Shown: one piece after another, positions 37,701 through 49,700 of the stretch | Numbering within the stretch: position 1 is the stretch's first letter | Layout of the letters: each line of letters begins with the position of its first letter | Origin: Macrostomum hystrix | Lineage: Eukaryota; Animalia; Platyhelminthes | Assembly: GCA_950097015.1 (NCBI GenBank) | Contig: CATNEN010000034.1 | Location: 3,224,001-3,288,000, forward strand | Length of the DNA stretch: 64,000 nt | Direction: 5' to 3' | Position numbers and translations under genes: made by a program | The notes under the pieces: model-generated | Seen by the model: only the letters and a program-made list of their open reading frames with translations | Database searches by the model: none | Told to the model about the DNA's origin: nothing

Positions 37701-40700
37701 CAGGGAGGCAATTTCATTTAGGTAACTTCAGGGAGGCAATTTCATTTAGGTAACTTCAGGGAGGCAATTTCATTTAGGTAACTTCAGGGAGGCAATTTCA
37801 TTTACGTAACTTCAGGGAGGCAATTTCATCTAGGTAACTTCAGGGAGGCAATTTCATTTAGGTAACTTCAGGGAGGTAACTTCAGGGAGTTAACTTCAGG
37901 GAGGTAACTTCAGGGAGGTAACTTCAGGGAAGTAACTTCATACAGTTCTATTCAGGGACGTACCACAGAGAAACTGAAAGTGGTCTCGGACAACAAAAAA
38001 TATATATGCATTTTTCTTGTCTATAAACTTTAAATAAAAAATATAAGGTGAAATCGATGTTTGGATAAGACGAGAAAGAAATTTCTATCTTCGAGCCATT
38101 CAATCGTAAAAATAACGATAAAGAACTAGCACTGAGAAATTTAGCTATATCAATTTGATTTAGACCCTTGGAGTTTGGCTTGAATTAGCAGGAGAAAATG
38201 GAATTCACACTTGACCTGTTTGAGTGAGCAGTTTTGTGTGCTTATAGATAATTAGGCGAGACTTTTAGCAAAGCGACCTCTCCAATACGAACAATTAAAT
38301 CTCTAACCGATGTCTAACACTAGCTGACAATAGAGACCATCTGTCACTCTACACTAGCTGACAATAGAGACCATCTGTCACTCTACACTAGCTGACATTG
38401 GAGACCATCTGTCACTCTACACTAGCTGACAATAGAGACCATCTGTCACTCTACACTAGCTGACAATAGAGACCATCTGTCACTCTACACTAGCTGACAA
38501 TAGAGACCATCTGTCACTCTACACTAGCTGACAATAGAGACCATCTGTCACTCTACACTAGCTGACAATAGAGACCATCTGTCACTCTACACTAGCTGAC
38601 ATTGGAGACCATCTGTCACTCTACACTAGCTGACAATAGAGACCATCTGTCACTCTACACTAGCTGACAATAGAGACCATCTGTCACTCTACACTAGCTG
38701 ACAATAGAGACCATCTGTCACTCTACACTAGCTGACAATAGAGACCATCTGTCACTCTACACTAGCTGACAATAGAGACCATCTGTCACTCTACACTAGC
38801 TGACAATAGAGACCATCTGTCACTCTACACTAGCTGACATTGGAGACCATCTGTCACTCTACACTAGCTGACAATAGAGACCATCTGTCACTCTACACTA
38901 GCTGACAATAGAGACCATCTGTCACTCTACACTAGCTGACATTGGAGACCATCTGTCACTCTACACTAGCTGACATTGGAGACCATCTGTCACTCTACAC
39001 TAGCTGACAATAGAGACCATCTGTCACTCTACACTAGCTGACAATAGAGACCATCTGTCACTCTACACTAGCTGACATTGGAGACCATCTGTCACTCTAC
39101 ACTAGCTGACATTGGAGACCATCTGTCACTCTACACTAGCTGACAATAGAGACCATCTGTCACTCTACACTAGCTGACATTGGAGACCATCTGTCACTCT
39201 ACACTAGCTGACATTGGAGACCATCTGTCACTCTACACTAGCTGATATTTGAGACCATCTGTCATTCTACACTAGCTGACAATAGAGACCATCTGTCACT
39301 CTACACTAGCTGACAATAGAGACCATCTGTCACTCTACACTAGCTGACAATAGAGACCATCTGTCACTCTACACTAGCTGATATTTGAGACCATCTGTCA
39401 TTCTACACTAGCTGACAATAGAGACCATCTGTCACTCTATACTAGCTGATATTTGAGACCATCTGTCATTCTACACTAGCTGACAATAGAGACCATCTGT
39501 CACTCTATACTAGCTGACAATAGAGACCATCTGTCACTCTACACTAGCTGACAATAGAGACCATCTGTCACTCTACACTAGCTGACAATAGAGACCATCT
39601 GTCACTCTACACTAGCTGACAATAGAGACCATCTGTCACTCTACACTAGCTGACATTGGAGACCATCTGTCACTCTACACTAGCTGACAATAGAGACCAT
39701 CTGTCACTCTACACTAGCTGACAATAGAGACCATCTGTCACTCTACACTAGCTGACAATAGAGACCATCTGTCACTCTACACTAGCTGACAATAGAGACC
39801 ATCTGTCACTCTACACTAGCTGACAATAGAGACCATCTGTCACTCTACACTAGCTGACAATAGAGACCATCTGTCACTCTACACTAGCTGACATTGGAGA
39901 CCATCTGTCACTCTACACTAGCTGACAATAGAGACCATCTGTCACTCTACACTAGCTGACAATAGAGACCATCTGTCACTCTACACTAGCTGACATTGGA
40001 GACCATCTGTCACTCTACACTAGCTGACATTGGAGACCATCTGTCACTCTACACTAGCTGACAATAGAGACCATCTGTCACTCTACACTAGCTGACAATA
40101 GAGACCATCTGTCACTCTACACTAGCTGACATTGGAGACCATCTGTCACTCTACACTAGCTGACATTGGAGACCATCTGTCACTCTACACTAGCTGACAA
40201 TAGAGACCATCTGTCACTCTACACTAGCTGACATTGGAGACCATCTGTCACTCTACACTAGCTGACATTGGAGACCATCTGTCACTCTACACTAGCTGAT
40301 ATTTGAGACCATCTGTCATTCTACACTAGCTGACAATAGAGACCATCTGTCACTCTACACTAGCTGACAATAGAGACCATCTGTCACTCTACACTAGCTG
40401 ACAATAGAGACCATCTGTCACTCTACACTAGCTGACAATAGAGACCATCTGTCACTCTACACTAGCTGACAATAGAGACCATCTGTCACTCTATACTAGC
40501 TGATATTTGAGACCATCTGTCATTCTACACTAGCTGACAATAGAGACCATCTGTCACTCTATACTAGCTGACAATAGAGACCATCTGTCACTCTACACTA
40601 GCTGACAATAGAGACCATCTGTCACTCTACACTAGCTGACAATAGAGACCATCTGTCACTCTACACTAGCTGACAATAGAGACCATCTGTCACTCTACAC

Positions 40701-43700
40701 TAGCTGACAATAGAGACCATCTGTCACTCTACACTAGCTGACATTAGAGACCATCTGTCACTCTACACTAGCTGACATTGGAGACCATCTGTCACTCTAT
40801 ACTAGCTGATATTTGAGACCATCTGTCATTCTACACTAGCTGACAATAGAGACCATCTGTCACTCTATACTAGCTGACAATAGAGACCATCTGTCACTCT
40901 ATACTAGCTGACATTGGAGACCATCTGTCACTCTACACTAGCTGACATTGGAGACCATCTGTCACTCTATACTAGCTGACATTAGAGACCATCTGTCACT
41001 CTACACTAGCTGACATTAGAGACCATCTGTCACTCTATACTAGCTGACATTGAAAACCATCTGCCACTCTACACTAGCTGACATTGGAGACCATCTGTCA
41101 CTCTATACTAGCTGACATTAGAGACCATCTGTCACTCTACACTAGCTGACATTAGAGACCATCTGTCACTCTACACTAGCTGACATTAGAGACCATCTGT
41201 CACTCTATACTAGCTGACATTGAAAACCATCTGTCACTCCAGCTAAATGTCACTCCGCGCGTATTATTTCACAACCCTCGGCGCAGTAATCAGCCTCTGA
41301 GACCAAGCATTCTGCTCCATGAATTATATCCATTTATCCCCTATCTATGAATGGGATAAATTTATTCCCAAAAAGCTGAAAAATCCTCTGAAACAAACTG
41401 AGCCCAGATGACGAGGAGGAGAGTTTCCACTGGGATGCCGAAATCCCAGCGAATTGGGAAGGCCGGGCATGGATCCATGCTGAAGTCACGGTGCCACACT
41501 GGAGGATACGAATGGGGATAATGCCTTCGTCTGAAATCCCTAAGCGGGCAAGTGTGTCAGGGATTAAGCCGCAGCATCCGTTGTGATTGGGGAATCACAG
41601 CGCAATGTGACTTCCATTTCAAGGGGGAGAGACCGCAGTGTCTGTTGGCAAGGGGGAAATGTACCATAATTCAGGGAAAGTTCTAGACAATCCACTGCAG
41701 TGCTGGTTTTATGGCCCTTTCAATGAGATTCTGCCGATGAGAAAAAACTCGTACAGAGGCCCTTAAAATAAACCCAAAGAAATTTTTATATATATTTGAG
41801 CCACATACCGGATTCTTATATCTGACATACCCATTATCCAATCTGACAAACCCATTATCCAATCTGACAAACCCATTATCCTATCTGACAAACCCATTAT
41901 CCAATCTGACAAACCAATTATCCAATCTGACAAACCCATTATCCTATCTGACAAACCAATTATCCAATCTGACAAACCCATTATCCTATCTGACAAACCC
42001 ATTATCCTATCTGACAAACCCATTATCCTATCTGACAAACCCATTATCCTATCTGACAAACCCATTATCCTATCTGACAAACCCATTATCCTATCTGACA
42101 AACCCATTATCCAATCTGACAAACCAATTATCCAATCTGACAAACCCATTATCCAATCTGACATACCCATTATCCAATCTGACAAACCCATTATCCAATC
42201 TGACAAATCCATTATCTAATCTGACAAACCCATTATCCAATCTGACAAACCCATTATCTAATCTGACAAATGCACTATCCAATCTGACAAACTCATTATC
42301 CAATCTGACATACCCATTATCTAATCTGACAAACCCATTATCCAATCTGACATACCCATTATCCAATCTGACAAACCCATTATCCAATCTGACAAATCCA
42401 TTATCTAATCTGACATACCCATTATCCTATTTGAAAAACCCATTATCCAATCTGACATACCCATTATCCTATTTGAAAAACCCATTATCCAATCTGACAT
42501 AACCATTATCCAATCTGACATGACCGTTATCCAATCTGACAAATCAATTATCCAATCTGACAAACCCATTATCCAATCTGACAAACCCATTATCCAATCT
42601 GAAATGCGTATTATCGAAGTTTATATATTGAATGCTAATTAATAGGGCGAAATCGATTCACTCACAGCACAAAGCGGGCACCCGAGATCGATAAAGGCAG
42701 CAGTGCTGCATGTCTTTATGACATGAAAATTATTGCAGAAAACTGGCTACATATTTCTCAAAGCCAAACTGACGGGTCTAATAGGGAATATCAAAGTGGA
42801 CGGGAAATGGGATTGGATTGAACTGGAAGACCCATGGATGTCGGGCGTACAGCATTGGTTGAAAAATGGCGCTAAATATATAGCATATAGAGAAGAAGAT
42901 ATGGTAACTATAACGGTTGAGTGGCAGAACGGTATTGACAGGAGAGATTTAGGGGAGAGAGAGTAGATGGGGAGATTTAAGAGAGAGTGAGTAGATAGGG
43001 AGATTTAGGACAGAGTAGATGCGGAGATTTAGGAGAGAGTATATGGGGAGACTTAGGAGAGAGAGTAGATGGGGAGATTTAGGAGAGAGTAGATGGGGAT
43101 ATTTAGGAGAGAGTAGATGGGGATATTTAGGAGAGAGTAGATGGGGAGATTTAGGAGAGAGTAGATGGGGAGATTTAGGAGTGAGAGAGTAGATGGGGAT
43201 ATTTAGGAGAGAGAGAGTAGATGGGGATATTTAGGAGAGAGTAGATGGGGAGATTTAGGAGAGAGTAGATGGGGAGATTTAGGAGTGAGAGAGTAGATGG
43301 GGATATTTAGGAGAGAGTAGATGGGGAGATTTAGGAGAGAGTAGATGGGGAGATTTAGGAGAGAGTAGATGGGGATATTTAGGAGAGAGAGTAGATGGGG
43401 ATATTTAAGAGAGAGTAGATGGGGAGATTTAGGAGAGAGTAGATGGGGAGATTTAGGAGTGAGAGAGTAGATGGGGATATTTAGGAGAGAGAGTAGATGG
43501 GGATATTTAGGAGAGAGAGTAGATGAGGATATTTAGGAGAGATTAGATGGGGATATTTAGGAGAGAGTAGATGGGGAGATTTAGGAGAGAGTAGATGGGG
43601 AGATTTAGGTGAGATCGAAGATAGGTGAGGAGAGGAGATGAGACTAAGAAGAATATCTTTCCCAAAATGCCATCGTAAATAGATAGCGGAGCGGAGATAC

Positions 43701-46700
43701 AGAAGGCGTTGTTTTCAACGCCTCCCACGGCCTCACCAATGGAGGTGACGTCATCCTCGGCCGGATCCGGCTCGGCCGCGGTCTGGCCGGCCGCCGGATC
43801 GCAGTAGAAGTTGGACCACTTGGCGCTGGAGACGGCAGCCAGAATGGCGCCCTTGAGTTTGCGCCGAGAATTAAATTTCTTCATCTCTTCCACTGTCTCG
43901 CTCAGGTGCAGTTTGGGTACACGGCTCTTGTCGCTTATCCACGGATGCCTGAGGGCCTCGGCGACAGTTAGGCGACGCTCCGGGTCTAAGTCGAGCAGCC
44001 GGTTGACGAGGTCCTTGGCCTCCGCGGAGATCAGGTTCCACACTCGGGGCTTCATCTGCGGAGTTGAATGAGATAGCGTGAGACTAAGATTGGGTGAGAC
44101 TGAGATGGGGTGAGACTGAGATTGGGTGAGACTGAGATGGGGTGAGACTGAGATGGGGTGAGACTGAGATGGGGTGAGACTGAGATGGTTTGAGACTGAG
44201 ATGGTTTGAGACTGAGATGGGGTGAGACTGAGATGGGGTGAGACTGAGATGGGGTGAGACTGAGATGGGGTGAGACTGAGATGGTTTGAGACTGAGATGG
44301 TTTGAGACTGAGATGGGGTGAGACTGAGATGGGGTGAGACTGAGATGGGGTGAGACTGAGATGGTTTGAGACTGAGATGGTTTGAGACTGAGATGGGGTG
44401 AGACTGAGATGGGGTGAGACTGAGATAGATTGGGTGAGACTGAGATAGATTGGGTGAGACTGAGATAGATTGGGTGAGACTGAGATAGATAGGATGAGAC
44501 TGAGATAGATGGGGTGAGACTATGATAGATTGGGTCTGACTGGGATAGATGGGGTGAGAATGAGATAGATGGGGTGAGAATGAGATAGATTGGGTCTGAA
44601 TGGGATAGATGGGGTGAGACTGAGATGGGGTGGGAATGACATTTGCGTGAGACTCAGACACAACTGGGTGATGACTGAGACACAACTGGGTGATGACTAA
44701 GACACAACTGGGTGATGACTGAGACACAACTGGGTGATGACTGAGACACAACTGGGTGATGACTGAGACACAACTGGGTGATGACTGAGACACAACTGGG
44801 TGATGACTGAGACACAACTGGGTGAGGACTGAGATACAACTGGGTGAGGACTCACCCGGTAACGACCGCAGAGTATCTGGTCGAACAGGACATCCTTGGT
44901 GCCGTAGAACGGCAGGGAGCCGCTGAGGAGGACAAACAGAAGTACACCGCAGCCCCAGGCATCGGCAGGGCGGCCGTATGGCTCGCGGCGAACAACCTCA
45001 GGCGCCATGAAGTGCGGCGTGCCGATGCGGCCTGCGGTAGCGGTATGAAGGTGGTGTCAGCCTTTTAAACACTTTTTAATTAATAAAATATTTGCTGGAG
45101 GGCTGCGGGCAGTCGATCCACCCCAAATTAATATGGCCTTGACTGGGACTCGAGTTCATGGACCATTATGTGGAAGGCCAACACGATTTGAATGGTCGAT
45201 TTGAGAATCGTCTCTTGAGGAATCGCTTATCGACCATTCTCAAATCGACCATTCTCAAATCGACGATTCTCAAATCGACAATTCTCAAATCGACAATTCT
45301 CAAATCGACAATTCTCAAATCGACAATTCTCAAATCGACAATTCTCAAATCGACAATTCTCAAATCGACCATTCTCAAATCGACAATTCTCAAATCGACC
45401 ATTCTCAAATCGACAATTCTCAAATCGACCATTCTCAAATCGACAATTCTCAAATCGACAATTCTCAAATCGACCATTCTCAAATCGACAATTCTCAAAT
45501 CGACCATTCTCAAATCGACAATTCTCAAATCGACCATTCTCAAATCGACCATTCTCAAATCGACCATTCTCAAATCGACAATTCTCAAATCGACAATTCT
45601 CAAATCGACCCTTCTCAAATCGACCATTCTCAAATCGACAATTCTCAAATCGACAATTCTCAAATCGACAATTCTCAAATCGACCATTCTCAAATCGACG
45701 ATTCTCAAATCGACAATTCTCAAATCGACAATTCTCAAATCGACAATTCTCAAATCGACAATTCTCAAATCGACAATTCTCAAATCGACAATTCTCAAAT
45801 CGACAATTCTCAAATCGACCATTCTCAAATCGACCATTCTCAAATCGACAATTCTCAAATCGACCATTCTCAAATCGACAATTCTGAAATCGACAATTCT
45901 CAAATCGACAATTCTCAAATCGACAATTCTCAAATCGACCATTCTCAAATCGACAATTCTCAAATCGACCATTCTCAAATCTTTGATACTCAGATCGATG
46001 AATTTTTAACGGGACATAAGGCCATTTGTTTCAGTCGTTCCTAACCAGATAATAGTTGCTAACCAGGCTCTAACCTTTGATAACAGTTTGACTAGCACAG
46101 CCTTTGTTAATTGAGCAGGAAATTTTTATCTGAATAAAAATAATTTGCTTGCATTCAAAGCCTACAATATATAGAATATAAAGCATACTGAAATGAAAAA
46201 ACATTTGAACAAAACAACAAAACAGCAGGCAACCATCAGGAGAACTTTTTATTTCGATATTTCTTTTTATTCAGTTGTCTTTTACCGCATCACACTACTT
46301 GCTCTCACTAGAAGTTAGTAGTAAGAATTGCGAAGATGCTTGTGGTGAATGTGCTCTATTAAAATCCTAGATTAGTTTAAACGAATCAAATGCTTCTTTT
46401 CACGACCGTTAAAGGGGTAAAATTTATTTGTTATTAACATCTATAGAACACTTTGATGACGAAGAGCAAGAAGAACATTGATACAGATTAGCTGAACAGC
46501 CTACACCAGTATTCTCTTTTAAAACAAGGAAAATTATTCCAACACAGAAAAAGCTTGCTTGGCGCGAAAGAAAATTAAAATAAACAAGTCAGCTTTCTTG
46601 AGCAATTTTGACTGAGCAATTTTACAAGTCAGAGACGACAGAGAAAGCTAGGCAACTGACCATTTCATGAAACTAGCCTAATAAAATAACTATACCTGTG

Positions 46701-49700
46701 TATTTGTTTCAGCAGCATTTGGTCGTTAGTGATGCATTAGAGCAGATAGAAAATCATTTCAGTTGCCAGAGAAGCGTTTGAGTCGTTGAAGAAGCGTTTG
46801 AGTTGTTAAACAATCGTTTGAGTCGTTGAAGAAGCGTTTGAGTTGTTAAACAATCGTTTGAGTCGTTGAAGAAGCGTTTGAGTTGTTAAACAATCGTTTG
46901 AGTCGTTGAAGAACGTTTGAGTTGTTAAACAATCGTTTGAGTCGTTGAGAAGCGTTTGAGCTGTTAAACAATCGTTTGAGTCGTTGAGAAGCGTTTGAGT
47001 CGCTAAAGAGGCGTTTAAGTTGTTAATAAAGCGTTTGAGCTGTTAGAGTAGAGTTTCAGTCGTTGAATAAGCGTTTAAGTTGTAAATGAAGCGTTTGAGC
47101 CGTTAGAGTAGCGTTTGAGTCGTTGACGAAACGTTTGAGTTGTAAATGAAGCGTTTGAGCCGTTAGAGTAGAGTTTGAGTCGTTGAAGAAGCGTTTGAGT
47201 TTTAAATGAAGCGTTTGAGCCGTTAGAGTAGAGTTTGAGTCGTTGAAGAAGCGTTTGAGTTGTAAATGAAGCGTTTGAGCCGTTAGAGTAGAGTTTGAGT
47301 CGTTGAATAAGCGTTTGAGTTGTAAATGAAGCGTTTGAGTCGTTAGAGTAGCTTTTGGGTCCTTGGATAAGCGTCCGTGTACTCAAAGAAGCGTTAGAGT
47401 CGTTAGAGAAGCGTTTGAGTCATTGAAAAAGCGTATGCCTCGCATTGATTGTGTTTAAAACGGCTTTATAGCAACGCTTGTGACAGATTAGATTCGTCTC
47501 CATCTGGAAAGTCATCAATGAGTTTGCTCAAATTAGCAGACTCTTCTCAGTCCTTACCAATTTGGCCATCTTTCAGGCTAACAAAAATTTCTTGCTCTAG
47601 ATTGACGGACTCGTCTGCAAAAAGCAAGCAGAGCAAGGATTGGCTTTTTCTGCAGTTTTTAAAGAAACTTATTCACATTATAAGTGTACTACTAGAGTTT
47701 GTAGTAGTAGACTTATTTAGATAATAACCCTATTAAAATCCTTTATAATTTTCCCATTTTTAGCAGCCAAGGAAAAAAAACAAAAAAGTCTAGCATAACT
47801 AAACATGGAAGTAAAAGAAGATAATATTTTCTTGGAGGTTGAATCTAGAAAAGGAATCTAATTACACATAACACTTCGCGCGCCGAAAAGAACACAGTTT
47901 ATAAATTAACGTAAACAGCTATATGTATAAAAATTTATGTATAATGTGAATGCAGCAAAGCAAATGCATAGTCTAGCTGACGAAACGAGAATTAATAAAA
48001 GTGTATTGGCCTGCACCAGACTGCACCAGACTGTGCATAATCCATGATGCAGATCAGGCAGAAACATTATTCAATTGTTCATTGTTCACTCCGCAACGGT
48101 CCATGTCATTTTTTTATAGAGAGATGAATCAGTATTCACTCTCGTCCCCGCTTAGTGTACATTCAAGAGAGCTGAATCACTATCCGCTCTCGTCCCCGCT
48201 TAGTGTACATTCAATAGAGCTGAATCACTATCCGCTCTCGTCCCCGCTTAGTGTACATTCAATAGAGCTGAATCACTATCCGCTCTCGTCCCCGCTTAGT
48301 GTACATTCAATAGAGCTGAATCACTATCCGCTCTCGTCCCCGCTCAGTGTACATTCAAGAGAGATGAATCACTATCCGCTCTCGTCCCCGCTCAGTGTAC
48401 ATTCAATAGAGATGAATCACTACCCACTCTCGTCCCCGCTCAGCGTACATTCAATAGAGATGAATCACTACCCACTCTCGTCCCCGCTCAGCGTACATTC
48501 AATAGAGATGAATCACTACCCACTCTCGTCCACCCGCAGTTAAATTACAATGAGGTATTATTCAACATTCTCGCCCGCTGATAAGAACACACGAAATCTC
48601 TAATCAGTAAAAAAATGAACTAAAACGCACCTCCTGGCACAAGGCCATCTTCGCCAAGCTGAACAGCGATGCCGAAGCCGCCGAGTTTTACAGGGGCCGA
48701 GTTCTCTTTCGAGTGCAGCAGTACGCAGTGCGGCTTTAAATCCCGGTGGATGATATTGTGCTCGTGGCAGTAATGGATCGCCTCCAGGATTTGCCGCATG
48801 TAGTGCCTGCGGTGTTTCAGTTTTAGCAAATTCGAGTTACTGATGGCTTGGTCCTACAGACACTCAATGAACAGAACAGAACTACGAGTACATAGACTTG
48901 CTCAAGATAAAGTAGCACTCGTATTTCATAATTCAAACAGCCCTAATAGGCAGGTGGAATTTCTTAAGCCGCAATGCCAGACTCACGTTGCCACACTCTC
49001 GCTGAAGACGAAGCCGGCTGTGGCGCGTTTCACGATTTCGAAGCACAGGTCGGCGCCGTCCATGCTGCAATGATTGGCAATTGGGGATAGCATTGCATTG
49101 CATGAGAAAAATAATACCCACTTAAGTAAATCCAACTTTAAAGAGTTAAGAGAATTCTGTGAGTCTGGGAATTCTGTGAATAAGGGAATTCTGTGAATAA
49201 GGGAATTCTGTGAATAAGGGAATTCTGTGAATAAGGGAATTCTGTGAATAAGGGAATTCTGTGAGTCTGGGAATTCTGTGAGTCTGGGAATTCTGTGAAT
49301 AAGGGAATTCTGTGAATAAGGGAATTCTGTGAATAAGGGAATTCTGTGAGTCTGGGAATTCTGTGAGTCTGGGAATTCTGTGAATAAGGGAATTCTGTGA
49401 ATAAGAGAATTCTGTGAGTCTGGGAATTCTGTGAATAAGGGAATTCTGTGAGTCTGGGAATTCTGTGAATTAGGGAATTCTATGAATAAGGGAACTCTGT
49501 GAGTCTGGGAATTCTGTGAGTCTGGGAATTCTGTGAGTCTGGGAATTCTGTGAATAAGGGAATTCTGTGAGTCTGGGAATTCTGTGAGTCTGGGAATTCT
49601 GTGAGTCTGGGAATTCTGTGAATAAGGGAATTCTGTGAGTCTGGGAATTCTGTGAGTCTGGGAATTCTGTGAGTCTGGGAATTCTGTGAGTCTGGGAATT

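Noticed and set aside
42733-42966. 77-aa + strand ORF ([12 protein letters not shown]...)
   Set aside because: Short, starts at a non-ATG codon, runs into a minisatellite, and has no recognisable homology.
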